Position numbers and translations under genes: made by a program
Source: a virus
Taxonomy: Duplodnaviria; Caudoviricetes
DNA: 64,000 nucleotides
Reading direction: 5' to 3' (one strand)
Virus record (IMG/VR): IMGVR_UViG_2744054709_000002
Span: 1 to 64,000 of that record
The notes under the pieces: generated by a model
What the model was told of the DNA's origin: nothing
The model's database searches: none
What the model saw: the letters and a program-made list of their open reading frames with translations, nothing else
Part shown: positions 45,912 to 55,683 of the stretch, piece by piece
Numbering within the stretch: position 1 is the stretch's first letter
Layout: the number at the start of each line of letters is the position of its first letter

Positions 45912-46315
45912 ACAAAACGCTGTCGGTGCCGGTCGAGGGGATCGGTGATTTCGTATTCCGCCATCGCACGATGCGCGACGATATCCGCATCCAGGCGGAG
46001 ATCGGGCGACTGCTGGGAGGTGATGCGGGTGAAGTGGGGGAGGTCGCGGTGGTGCGCGCGGAATCCTTCGCCACGATTTCCATTCTTCTGCAGGAGGGGC
46101 CGCCGGGGTGGAATGCGGAGGCCCTGGACCCGCTGGATCGGGACGCATCGAAGGACATCCTGAAGGTATGGGGAGCCCTCCGCAATGCGGAGGACGAATT
46201 TCGTGGCGTCACTGCCACGAATGGCGCGGGAACGGGCGCTGGAGCGGTGCGATCAGATCCGGTTCCGGTGGCGGCGCCAGTACAACCTGCCCCCGACGGA
46301 CCCGCGATACCTTGA
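45908..46315 (+). CDS. Tail assembly chaperone
   Basis: Located between tube and tape measure genes. Confidence 0.75.
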   Translation: MNKTLSVPVEGIGDFVFRHRTMRDDIRIQAEIGRLLGGDAGEVGEVAVVRAESFATISILLQEGPPGWNAEALDPLDRDASKDILKVWGALRNAEDEFRGVTATNGAGTGAGAVRSDPVPVAAPVQPAPDGPAIP

Positions 46316-46511
46316 AATGACGGTGGGCGAGATGCTGGAGGACCTTCTGTGCCACCAGTTCCTCGACCACCCCGAAACCCGGGCCACGATGATCACCGAC
46401 GACTTTGATGAGGAACTGGCGCGTCTGGAAGCAGAGGCTGCCAGGGACCCGGCGTCCCCTGCTGATGGAGGGACGGATATCCCTGATGATTTCATCGACC
46501 CGGTGGTGTGA
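46185..46511 (+). CDS. Tail chaperone extension (probably reached by a +1 frameshift)
   Basis: Overlaps the chaperone in the +1 frame; WRRQYNLPPTDPRYL motif. Confidence 0.7.
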   Translation: MRRTNFVASLPRMARERALERCDQIRFRWRRQYNLPPTDPRYLEMTVGEMLEDLLCHQFLDHPETRATMITDDFDEELARLEAEAARDPASPADGGTDIPDDFIDPVV

Positions 46512-46520
46512 GGAAGTAGC

Positions 46521-49436
46521 GTGAGCGTCAAGATCCCCATTGAGGCGGACGTCCAGCAGTCCGTCCGTGAAATCGACCAGATCGCGGCCGCCCTGAGCCG
46601 GGCCGGGCAGCAGGCGCAGAAGCTGTCCGATGTCGATTTCAGCCACCCGGAACTGAAGGAGTTGCAGGCGGACCTCACCCGGATCCAGAAGCAGTGGGAA
46701 GATGTCCTGCGCCTGAAACAGGGGCAGACCAGCCAGCGGGTCCAGCAGGGCGTCGCGGAGGGCGCGTTCACGGGACCGCTCGACTTTCCTGCCGGCGCAG
46801 CCCGGCAGGTGCCCGATCCCGCGCAGCAGCGGGCCTATATCGACAATGTGCTGGGGCGTGTTCTGGAGGGAACGCGTTTTGATCCCGACCTGACCCCTGT
46901 TCCCCGTCGCGCGCCAACCGGCGGAAGTGGTCCTGCCGAGACGTCCGAGGAAAAGGAAAACGACCGGGAGGAGGGAGAGGCCGAAAACCGTGTCCGGTCT
47001 GGATCCGGGCCAGCGCCCGAACCGACCGTCATCAATGCTGGCGGCGCTGGCGGGGCGGGCGGCGCAGCAGGGGGAGCATCAAGAGGCGCGGGAGGGGCCG
47101 GAGGCGGGGTCGATCCCAAACTCGCTGCCCTGTCCCGTTTCCGGGGCGGCCCCGTTGTCGGCGCGATGCTGGGGGCGGCGGGCATTGGCGGCGGCCTGCG
47201 GTCCATCACGTCGCATGTCCAGCAGGCCGAGCGCGAACAGGTCATGAATGACAGCCTGATGCGGCGCATGGGAGACACCAGCACCGGGTTCGCGGAACTG
47301 TTGCATAACGTGCGCAACGTGTCGTCGTCGCTGCATGTCCTGCAGACGGAGGGGCAGTCCCTGACCGAGGAGTGGGTCAGGATTGCGAACGAAAGCCGGT
47401 CCGGTGCGGCGTTGGCCAATGTCGAGATGGCGGGGAATGTCGCCCGCGGGTATGGCGTTGCCCCCTCCACCATGGTGCAGGGTTTCGCCCGGGCAAGCTT
47501 CGCGGGGGAGGACCCGCGCAGGTTCGCGCTGATGCTGGCGGACGCGGTCCAGGACGGCCACATGAACGGCCAGATGGAAAACGTCATGCAGTCCATGCTG
47601 CGCTGGTCGGAGAACGCGAACCGGCAGGGGCAGGAACGTGGACTGGGTGATTTCGCACATCTGATGACCGCCATGAACGCCAGCGGCGATCCGGCGGTGC
47701 GTGGTGAGAACGGGGAGAACCTGATCAACACAGCGAATGCCGCCATTTCCCACGGCGGCGGGGCAGGGATGGCGGGGCAGGTGATGTCGCTGATGTCGAT
47801 GTCGCGGCACGGATCGCGCAGTGTCTACCAGTCCCAGTATCTTTTGTCGCAGGGCATGTTCGCGCGCGCGCCGGATGGCTCCATGGTGCTCGACGACATC
47901 ATGGGCACGATCAGCCAGATGTATCGTGGACGCCCCGATGAGGACAGGTTCGTCGGTGGGGGCAATTACATGGGCATGAGCCCCGCACATTACCAGCAAT
48001 TCGAACGGTACTGGAGGAGTGCCCAGACATCTCAGGCTGCGAACGGGGGCGTGGACGGATATCTTCGTAAAATCGGCGTTGACGCAAGTACGCTCAATAT
48101 GAGCGGCCTGAACGATATCATGCAGACCATGGACAGCCACGCGGACCTTGGGGCGATCCGTCAGCGGCTGATGGCCCGTACAGACCTGAGCACGGCAGAC
48201 CGCACCGCCCTCAGGGATGCCGGGACGAATAACCCTGAAGCCTTGCGTGCTGCGGAGGTGCGTGCGTTTGCCAACTCCGGTCTGGAAAATACCATGGGGC
48301 GTCGTGTCGCGGATTCCGGTGCTGATGCTTCCAATGTCCTGACCAATGCGGCGAGTACACTGGTGGGGCCGATTACCCAGTTGCGTGAGGAAATCGGCAA
48401 ACTGCAGGGACCCGTGCAGACGATTGCCGAGCATCTGGGAGACGGAACAACTGGCGAAAGTCTTACGTCCGTGGCGGGCTGGATGACGGCGGGCGCCGCC
48501 GGGATCCTTGGGCCTGGGATTGCAAGAAAAGTCCTGACGTCTGGTTTCCGGGGCATGTTCGGTGCGGCCCGCGCTGCTGGTGCCGGAGCCAAAGCCGTCG
48601 AGGGTGGCGCGGCCGCTGCAGGCGCCGCAGTGGGGGCTGGCGCTGCGGTGACGGCGGGGGTTGGGTTGGGGGCCGTTGTTCCAGGCGTGGTGGGGGGATA
48701 CCAGAGTTATCGGCAGCAACAGAATATCCAGGCATTTCGGAACAACCCGGAGCAAATTGCTAAGGCACGTCAGATGATGACGTATTTCGAGCGGCGGGAT
48801 CATTTGACCCATGCTGGGGCATCTGTGCTCGTCGGAGGACTGATGCAGGAATCTGGTCTGCAGGCAAACCGTGCGGAGGTCGGTGGCTCTGGATATGGAT
48901 TGGGCCAGTGGACAGACCCCAGCCGTGTGCGTGCGTTTGCAGTTGCCGAGGGCGTAGACCTGCGCCATTCTACTGAGGAGCAGCAGTTAGATTTTATCCA
49001 CCGCGAACTGAATACGAAATATCGAGCCCAGTTAAATCAACTGCAATCCTTGGGGCCTTACGCAGACATAGGGGCTGCCTCACGTTCGTTTGGTCATGGA
49101 TATGAAGGATACGGCATTGAAGGCGCGCGCGGAGGGTACGCAGACGTCCTGAACAACCTGCCGCGGGATCTGCGTCCTGCGGATCCGGCGATGCCAAAGG
49201 CGATGCGCTCCTCAGGGCAGCCCGGGCAGGGGAGTGTTGGTGGTGGCAGATCGGGCGATACCACCCACCACGTCAGGGGATCTGTTACTCTGCTATATCC
49301 CAACGGGGCTACGCAGGATGTGCCGCTCAACATGTTCTCCCTCGCGAGCGGTCCTCCAGTCTCCCCTACGCCCGCAGGGATGCCGTCGCACGAGGCCAGT
49401 GCGTACGGACAGCCCCGGCGGCAGGGGGTCTACTGA
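46521..49436 (+). CDS. Tape measure protein with C-terminal phage-tail lysozyme domain
   Basis: Ala/Gly-rich 971 aa; G.L.QESGL....E...GYGLGQWT...R and QLDFI..EL motifs. Confidence 0.88.
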   Translation: MSVKIPIEADVQQSVREIDQIAAALSRAGQQAQKLSDVDFSHPELKELQADLTRIQKQWEDVLRLKQGQTSQRVQQGVAEGAFTGPLDFPAGAARQVPDPAQQRAYIDNVLGRVLEGTRFDPDLTPVPRRAPTGGSGPAETSEEKENDREEGEAENRVRSGSGPAPEPTVINAGGAGGAGGAAGGASRGAGGAGGGVDPKLAALSRFRGGPVVGAMLGAAGIGGGLRSITSHVQQAEREQVMNDSLMRRMGDTSTGFAELLHNVRNVSSSLHVLQTEGQSLTEEWVRIANESRSGAALANVEMAGNVARGYGVAPSTMVQGFARASFAGEDPRRFALMLADAVQDGHMNGQMENVMQSMLRWSENANRQGQERGLGDFAHLMTAMNASGDPAVRGENGENLINTANAAISHGGGAGMAGQVMSLMSMSRHGSRSVYQSQYLLSQGMFARAPDGSMVLDDIMGTISQMYRGRPDEDRFVGGGNYMGMSPAHYQQFERYWRSAQTSQAANGGVDGYLRKIGVDASTLNMSGLNDIMQTMDSHADLGAIRQRLMARTDLSTADRTALRDAGTNNPEALRAAEVRAFANSGLENTMGRRVADSGADASNVLTNAASTLVGPITQLREEIGKLQGPVQTIAEHLGDGTTGESLTSVAGWMTAGAAGILGPGIARKVLTSGFRGMFGAARAAGAGAKAVEGGAAAAGAAVGAGAAVTAGVGLGAVVPGVVGGYQSYRQQQNIQAFRNNPEQIAKARQMMTYFERRDHLTHAGASVLVGGLMQESGLQANRAEVGGSGYGLGQWTDPSRVRAFAVAEGVDLRHSTEEQQLDFIHRELNTKYRAQLNQLQSLGPYADIGAASRSFGHGYEGYGIEGARGGYADVLNNLPRDLRPADPAMPKAMRSSGQPGQGSVGGGRSGDTTHHVRGSVTLLYPNGATQDVPLNMFSLASGPPVSPTPAGMPSHEASAYGQPRRQGVY

Positions 49437-50893
49437 TGGTGGACCTGCACGCGTTCAGCGTTTCGGTCATGCTCTACAAGGTGACGGCGGGGGGAACGCC
49501 AGGGCGTGTCATTCAGGCATACGACCTGACGCCATACCTGGGGGACGGCGGGAGCGTGCGCATGGCGACCTCCGTGCGTAGCCTGGTGGGAAACGTGTTT
49601 TCCGTATCGTTCTCCGATCGTATCCCTCCCGATCTGGCGGATTCCATCTATGCCTATGTGGCGCCCATGGACCTGATCGAGATCCGTGCCAGCCGGAAGC
49701 CATGGAAATATCAGGGCCAGAAGCTGCCTCTGCTGATGCGCGGGTTCGTGCGCCGCGTGCGCCGGCCCCGCGCCATGCAGGGGGAGGGGGCGCCCATGCA
49801 GACGGTGGTGATTGAGGGGAAGGATTGCGGGCGGCTGCTGGAAACCAACCAGATCCTCTATCCGCTCCTCAATACCAAGGGGGAGCAGTATCTGGATCAG
49901 TTTCCCCTGCAGGCGCAGTTCGGCATTTCCCCGGTGATCGAAGGGGTGGGCGATTTCGTGCGTGAGGTCGTGACGAAGATCATCAATCCCAAGATCAACC
50001 AGATGGCCGCGTTTTCAACTGGCGCGATCAAGCCCTTCCTGACCTCCGACATTACCGTCGCGGAGGGGTCGTTCAGCCCGTTCAACACCATGACCTTCCA
50101 GGGATCGGTTGCGGACCTGCTGGCCGCCGCGCGCGACGCGCCGTGGAATGAAATGTTCGTCCGTACGACGGAGGCGGGGCCGTCACTGGTGTTCAGGCCG
50201 GTACCTTTCCGGGATCTGAACGGGAAACTGATCATGGACGGCGCGGCAGACCCGGGCCTGGTCAGCATTTCGGACCGCACGGTGAGCAGTTGCGAGGTAG
50301 GGCGCAGCGACGACGGGGCGGCCAACTATTTCTGGGTTCCTCCCGGGGCCGCCTCCCTCGATGGGCAGTTTGCTGCCACGATCGCCTATATCGACAGCCA
50401 GTCCGACATGTCCTACGCCAACAACCGCCCGGAAATACTCGGGCTGCGCCTGATGAGCACGTCGAGTTATCTCTTGCCAACCGGGTTTGCGTGTGCGCCG
50501 TCGATGATGCCAGCGGACCTGCAGCAGCAGGCACCGCAGTTGATTGACGACTGGATCACGAAACGGGCGACCGATCTCAAGATGCTGAACCGCGACAATG
50601 TGGTGTTTGAAAGCGGCTCGCTGACATGCATGGGGCGCGAGGATCTGGCCTGTGGGCAGGAACTAGAGGTCGCATTCGGGGCGACCACGCTGCGTGGCTA
50701 CATGCCGGCGGTGGAGCATACGATCATGCCAACGGCATCGTGGACGTGTTCCGTCCAGCTGGAGCGCGGGATGAGTTATGTTGACCGGGCGACGATGGCC
50801 GGTGTGCGCCCCGGTTGGGCGGAGGGGCGGCCGGGTGTTTACGCGCCACGACGCGGGCGCGTCAGTGTGCGTGAAACGGGAGGAACGCCGTGA
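49436..50893 (+). CDS. Baseplate hub / tail protein
   Basis: Position; I.G.D.G.LL, PWNEMF and FRPVPF motifs. Confidence 0.7.
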   Translation: MVDLHAFSVSVMLYKVTAGGTPGRVIQAYDLTPYLGDGGSVRMATSVRSLVGNVFSVSFSDRIPPDLADSIYAYVAPMDLIEIRASRKPWKYQGQKLPLLMRGFVRRVRRPRAMQGEGAPMQTVVIEGKDCGRLLETNQILYPLLNTKGEQYLDQFPLQAQFGISPVIEGVGDFVREVVTKIINPKINQMAAFSTGAIKPFLTSDITVAEGSFSPFNTMTFQGSVADLLAAARDAPWNEMFVRTTEAGPSLVFRPVPFRDLNGKLIMDGAADPGLVSISDRTVSSCEVGRSDDGAANYFWVPPGAASLDGQFAATIAYIDSQSDMSYANNRPEILGLRLMSTSSYLLPTGFACAPSMMPADLQQQAPQLIDDWITKRATDLKMLNRDNVVFESGSLTCMGREDLACGQELEVAFGATTLRGYMPAVEHTIMPTASWTCSVQLERGMSYVDRATMAGVRPGWAEGRPGVYAPRRGRVSVRETGGTP

Positions 50894-51588
50894 TCCGGTT
50901 CGGGCAGGTTGTTGCCGTCTACCCTGAAATCGGCCGGGTTGACCTGGTTGATCTGGATTCCGGGATACCTGTGGGCAATGCCATCGTGCTGTCGGCCGAC
51001 GGGTCAACCGACGGGGGGTCATGGTCGATCCCTGACGTTCCGCGGCCGCCAGCCGGCAGGGTTGGCGGTATCAACCCAGACGGTCGCACCATGATCGCAG
51101 CGTACGAATTCGGGGCGGGGGCGCGGGCGGTCGTGCATGGGTTTGCACGGTTTGCAGGCAGCCAGATTGTTTTCAAACAGCAGGACCGTACCATCACGCG
51201 CCATGCCGCAAGCGGGGCCTACACCACCATCGCGCCCGACGGGTCGATCGAGGCATGGCATCCATCGGGTACGTACTTCAGGATCGGAACGGGAGGGCAC
51301 GAGGACCTCACGGCTCTATGCGCTGCGAAATGGGTCACCCCGGCTGAAGCCCCGGAGCCAACTGTTACGCTGGCGACGCCGAATTTCTCGTTTGTCGTAG
51401 CGCCGGGCGGAAACGTCACCACCAAATATACGTCGTGGAAAATGACCGGACCGGTCGAGCTAGACGGCCCTCTGACGGTGAAAGACAGCATTACGGCCAG
51501 CGGAGACGTCACGGCGAATGGCGTCAGTCTGGACGACCATACGCACACCGAGAGCACAGGCGGGACAACCAGCAAGCCAACGGGATAG
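50890..51588 (+). CDS. Baseplate spike (gpV-like)
   Basis: GDV.ANGVSL..HTH C-terminal HxH motif. Confidence 0.88.
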   Translation: MIRFGQVVAVYPEIGRVDLVDLDSGIPVGNAIVLSADGSTDGGSWSIPDVPRPPAGRVGGINPDGRTMIAAYEFGAGARAVVHGFARFAGSQIVFKQQDRTITRHAASGAYTTIAPDGSIEAWHPSGTYFRIGTGGHEDLTALCAAKWVTPAEAPEPTVTLATPNFSFVVAPGGNVTTKYTSWKMTGPVELDGPLTVKDSITASGDVTANGVSLDDHTHTESTGGTTSKPTG

Positions 51589-51589
51589 A

Positions 51590-51619
51590 TTGCATGCGAA
51601 ATTGCATGCTTGCATGCAA
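51590..51619. repeat. Degenerate (TGCA)n array
   Basis: TTGCATGCGAAATTGCATGCTTGCATGCAA. Confidence 0.8.
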
Positions 51620-51659
51620 ATATGCCTTCGAGCAGGACATCGATCTTTCTGGATGACTG

Positions 51660-51674
51660 TCGTGACGGCAGCAT
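51660..51674 (+). promoter_or_regulatory. Late-promoter box (TCGTGAcggCAGCAT), 21 nt before the ATG of the baseplate operon
   Basis: Motif plus fixed spacing. Confidence 0.75.
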
Positions 51675-51680
51675 TGAGGG

Positions 51681-52835
51681 ATGGCAGCACCTCCGTCACA
51701 GAGATATCGGCAGATTTCATTCCTGCTGACAGGCGGATCGGGCGCGGACGTGCAATTCACGTTTGCCCTGCGGCCGGAGGAACTGAGCGTTACCGACCCC
51801 ACGCGCCTGACCACCAACCAGACCCTTGGCGGCGCGTGGACTGACGTGTTCGGCCGTGGCATCCGCACCATCACGCTGACAGGGAATAACGGCTGGCGGG
51901 GCGGCCTGCTGCAAAGTGGGGAGGACATGTTCCTGTCCCTACGGCAGGCCGTATATGACGGCTGGCACCAACGGCGTCGCCTGCTGCTGGCATCCGGTCA
52001 GGATCCATCCGCGGTAGAACTGATTTTTACGGACAATCTCGACGGTATCCACGACGTGGTGGTGCCGCGCACGTTCTCGCTGCACAGGAGCCGCTCGCGC
52101 CCCCTGCTGATGCAGTACAGCATCCAGTTGGACGTGCTGCGCGACGCGACCACCGCGCTGTCGCTGTCGGACGAGATCACGGATGCCCTGTCCAATCCCC
52201 TGCGCTGGCTGCTGGCTCAGACAGGACTGGGCAACGTCGTGACGATGTTGGGGCAGTTCCAGGACTATCTGACGCAGGGCCTGAACATACTGGGGGCAGC
52301 GCGCGGCGTGCTCGCGCAGTTGGTGGATACCGCCATCCAGTTGTTTCAGGGTGTGGCGGATATCGCGGGCGAGACGGAGGGCATTTTCACAGGGCAGAAT
52401 TCCCTGTTGCTGGAATTCTCGACGCAATATGCGCTTGCAGCGACCAGCGGTCTTGAAGCGCTCGGTGCCGACAGCACGCTGCCGATGGATGACCGGATCG
52501 CGCTGATGCAGGCGGCGTCCACGTTTGCGGACGGTGCATGCACGATGGCCAACGGGTTCAACGTCAATCAGACCATTCCGCTGATCACGCCCCTGTTCGG
52601 AGCATCGATGTGTTCCTCCACCGGCGGAGGGGACGCTGCAAGCCAGTTCATGCTGGACAACACGTCGCCATTTGAATCGATGCTTGACCCGGGCACCTCA
52701 ATCTTGACCGTCTCATCAGGGGCCCAGGCGGCTATCTCAGGGCTGCGCCTCGACCCGCTTCTCCTGATCGGCCATTCCGATGACGTGATCTCCAATTTTG
52801 ATGCAATGGGCAACGGTGTGCAGGTGGCAGCATGA
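51681..52835 (+). CDS. Baseplate / tail-tube initiator protein
   Basis: F...PEE......R....QT.GG.W.D.FG.G...I.L.G..G and RS.SRPLL..Y motifs. Confidence 0.7.
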   Translation: MAAPPSQRYRQISFLLTGGSGADVQFTFALRPEELSVTDPTRLTTNQTLGGAWTDVFGRGIRTITLTGNNGWRGGLLQSGEDMFLSLRQAVYDGWHQRRRLLLASGQDPSAVELIFTDNLDGIHDVVVPRTFSLHRSRSRPLLMQYSIQLDVLRDATTALSLSDEITDALSNPLRWLLAQTGLGNVVTMLGQFQDYLTQGLNILGAARGVLAQLVDTAIQLFQGVADIAGETEGIFTGQNSLLLEFSTQYALAATSGLEALGADSTLPMDDRIALMQAASTFADGACTMANGFNVNQTIPLITPLFGASMCSSTGGGDAASQFMLDNTSPFESMLDPGTSILTVSSGAQAAISGLRLDPLLLIGHSDDVISNFDAMGNGVQVAA

Positions 52836-53485
52836 CGACAGACACCTCTACGCCACAGTGGACGGGTCCGCTCAGTGGCACGCGCAAGGCCCGGACCCTG
52901 ATTGGCGATACGCCCGAACGCATCGCCCTGCGTGAAACCGGGGATGCCGCAAACTGGTACACGCTGATCTGGCTCAATGGCCTCCGCGCGCCCTATATCA
53001 CCGACAACCCGGCGCACAGGTCCGACACCGTCCTTCTGGCAGGGCAGGATGAGATCGTGGTTCCGGCCACGGGTACGACGCCAACCGGCGTGGCGGACAG
53101 CAGTGACCTGTTCGGAACCGATATTGCCCTGACCGGTGGCGTCGTTACCACTGGGGAGAACGGAGATCTGGCGACCGTGTCAGGGGTCAGTAACCTGGTG
53201 CAGGCAGTTGACAACCGCATGGCCAGCCAGCCGGGTGATCTCGTCTACGAGCCGTCCTACGGGAACGGGGTCTACGCGCTGCTCGGACGGTCAACCGATC
53301 CCATCAATGCCGACCTGGCAGGTGTGTTTGTCGGACGCTGCATCTCGGCCGATCCCCGCATTGATTCGATCACGTCGATCACGGTCGGGGTGAACGGAGG
53401 CAGTCTGGACGTGGATGGGCAATACATGACGATCGGAGGCAAGTCGGTTCCGGTCGGCGGCGTACTGACCGGAGGGGGGAACTGA
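52832..53485 (+). CDS. Baseplate wedge protein (LysM-like plus gp25-like)
   Basis: GDT...IA....GDA..W..L...NGL; G..NL.QA..R.....G.L...P.YG; DPRI. Confidence 0.8.
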   Translation: MTTDTSTPQWTGPLSGTRKARTLIGDTPERIALRETGDAANWYTLIWLNGLRAPYITDNPAHRSDTVLLAGQDEIVVPATGTTPTGVADSSDLFGTDIALTGGVVTTGENGDLATVSGVSNLVQAVDNRMASQPGDLVYEPSYGNGVYALLGRSTDPINADLAGVFVGRCISADPRIDSITSITVGVNGGSLDVDGQYMTIGGKSVPVGGVLTGGGN

Positions 53486-54600
53486 TGGCATTCCAGATCA
53501 AATCGCGGCTTTCGATCCTCGCCTCCATGATCAACCGCGCCCGCATGGTATGCTCGCTGACAGATTATAACGTCGGCGGCGTCATGCGGACGTTTCTGGA
53601 TGCCGTCGCGCAGGAGATTGATCGCCTCTATCAGGATCTGGTCCTGGCCCTGAAGGATGCCATCCAGACCTCGACCTATACGACCTTTGATTTTCCCGCC
53701 CTTGCGGCCGTGGCGGCGTCCGGTACATTGACCGTGACGATCAGCGTGCAGTCCAGCGATACGGTAATCCCGGCCGGGAGCGTCTTCACGCCGGCGGAGG
53801 GGACGTTGACCTATGCCAGCGTGGCGGCCGTGACGATTCCGGCCGGCCTGACCACGGGGATCGTCCAGGTCGCGTGCACCACGACGGGGACCGCCGGGAA
53901 TGTGGCGGCAGGCACGACATTTTCCATGGGGGCACCGGTCGCGGGGTTCGTGTCTGCGGTCAACGGCACCCTTTTCTCCAATGGCGCGCCGGCAGAGACG
54001 GCGCAGGCGCGACAGGCGCGGTTCGCGCGTTTCATCCTTGGGTTGGCCCGCAGCACGACGGCGGGCGTGACAACGGGACTGTCCACCGTCCAGTTGACGG
54101 ATTCAAACGGGAATGTCACGGAGGCAGCCAAATTCCAGTACGTGTATGAGCCGTATCTGACCGATCCGACGCAGCCGACCGCGAAGATCTACGGGTATAT
54201 CCACAATGGCGTCGGGAGCACATCAACGGCGCTGGTGGCAGAGGCGCAATCGACGATAGACGGCTATTACGAGACTGATGGCACACCCGTACCGGGCTAC
54301 GTGGCGGCGGGCGTAACGTTTATCGCCCAGGCTGCGCCAGAGATGCTCGTCGCCGTAGCCGGGAGCATTACCGCTGAAACCGGATATACGGTCGCGGATC
54401 TGGACGCATTGGTGCAGGCCGCACATCAGGCATACATTCTGGCGTTGCCGCTAGGAGCCACGGTTGAAGTCGCAAAACTCGATGCGCTGGCCATGGGAAT
54501 AGATGGCGTCCAGAATTTCGTGCGTACCGCGCCGGCGGCGGATGTCGTGGCAACTACGGCGTGGACAAAGCCGATGCCCGGCACGGGCACCTATACATGA
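53485..54600 (+). CDS. Baseplate J-like protein
   Basis: TDYNVG.V.RT..DAVA.E, C...G..GNV.AG and NG...ET....AR motifs. Confidence 0.88.
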   Translation: MAFQIKSRLSILASMINRARMVCSLTDYNVGGVMRTFLDAVAQEIDRLYQDLVLALKDAIQTSTYTTFDFPALAAVAASGTLTVTISVQSSDTVIPAGSVFTPAEGTLTYASVAAVTIPAGLTTGIVQVACTTTGTAGNVAAGTTFSMGAPVAGFVSAVNGTLFSNGAPAETAQARQARFARFILGLARSTTAGVTTGLSTVQLTDSNGNVTEAAKFQYVYEPYLTDPTQPTAKIYGYIHNGVGSTSTALVAEAQSTIDGYYETDGTPVPGYVAAGVTFIAQAAPEMLVAVAGSITAETGYTVADLDALVQAAHQAYILALPLGATVEVAKLDALAMGIDGVQNFVRTAPAADVVATTAWTKPMPGTGTYT

Positions 54601-55682
54601 GCATCCTGAAACGACTGCTCGGTCGTCTGACCCGGGCATATGACGTTTCCCCACGCGGGCGGCAGGCCCTGTCATTTGGCGCCATGCTGGATTTTGGCTG
54701 GGAACTGGCGGATGATGCGCTGGTGCTGTCTCCCTCCGGCCGTGGAACCGTGACGATCACATTGACCGATCTGACGGTAATGGGCCTTGCCATGGCGATC
54801 AGCGCGGTGCCCGGTTTTTTTGTCCTGAATGACATCGGGGCAAATGTTTCCGCCATGAGCGCGCTGCGTTGCATTGTCGGAACCGGCAGCGTGACGGGCA
54901 GCGCCGGATACCGGTTTTCGGATACCGCATATCCTGGAGGAAATGACTGCCTCGGTGGGGCGCTCTGGGTTGACGCCTCGTACCCCCTCCAGACACTGAC
55001 AGTGTTCACCAGCGACAACTGGGGACTGCTGGACGGCCCGAGGGCGGAACTGCAGGCTGCTCGCGATCTGATCAGGATTGCTCCGAACCAGATGGCCATT
55101 CCGTCAGCCGAGGACGATTGGCTGAATTATCTGGGTGCGATCTACGGGAATATTGCGCGCAACACTGATGAGCCAGACGTGACCTACGGGGCGCGCATCA
55201 TTTCCACCATTTTACGCCCGGCGTGCAACAACAAGGCGCTTGAACTGGCGATAGAGGCTTACTCCGGGCAGTCGGCGCGTGTCACCAATTCTGCCCAGGC
55301 ACCGGCGACGTCCGTGGTTTATGGCGGGACTTTCCGTTTCGACGGAAGCCAGACGTACGATAATCCGGCAACAACGCCGATTTATGGATTGTTCGATATT
55401 GCTGCCAATTACGATACGGCCGCATCCGGCGTGTCCCCTACTGATTTCCGGGCGGCCATCATCTGGATTGCGAACAGCCTGAGGGCAGCGGGGACGTACC
55501 TGCGGAACACGGTTATCGACAATGCAGATCCGGCCCTGACCGATGCCGACCCGGTCACGTCGGACAGTGCATTCGCACTGACGGAGGCATGGAACACGAC
55601 CTATGACGGCGTGCGCAAATACGACGGTAGCGCGGCGTTCCGGGGAGAAGCGGTCGTCAGCGATCTGGAGGATGGAAACTGA
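54597..55682 (+). CDS. Baseplate wedge / tail protein (gpI-like)
   Basis: A...WL..LG.IYG...R...E.D..Y..RI motif. Confidence 0.75.
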   Translation: MSILKRLLGRLTRAYDVSPRGRQALSFGAMLDFGWELADDALVLSPSGRGTVTITLTDLTVMGLAMAISAVPGFFVLNDIGANVSAMSALRCIVGTGSVTGSAGYRFSDTAYPGGNDCLGGALWVDASYPLQTLTVFTSDNWGLLDGPRAELQAARDLIRIAPNQMAIPSAEDDWLNYLGAIYGNIARNTDEPDVTYGARIISTILRPACNNKALELAIEAYSGQSARVTNSAQAPATSVVYGGTFRFDGSQTYDNPATTPIYGLFDIAANYDTAASGVSPTDFRAAIIWIANSLRAAGTYLRNTVIDNADPALTDADPVTSDSAFALTEAWNTTYDGVRKYDGSAAFRGEAVVSDLEDGN

Positions 55683-55683
55683 T

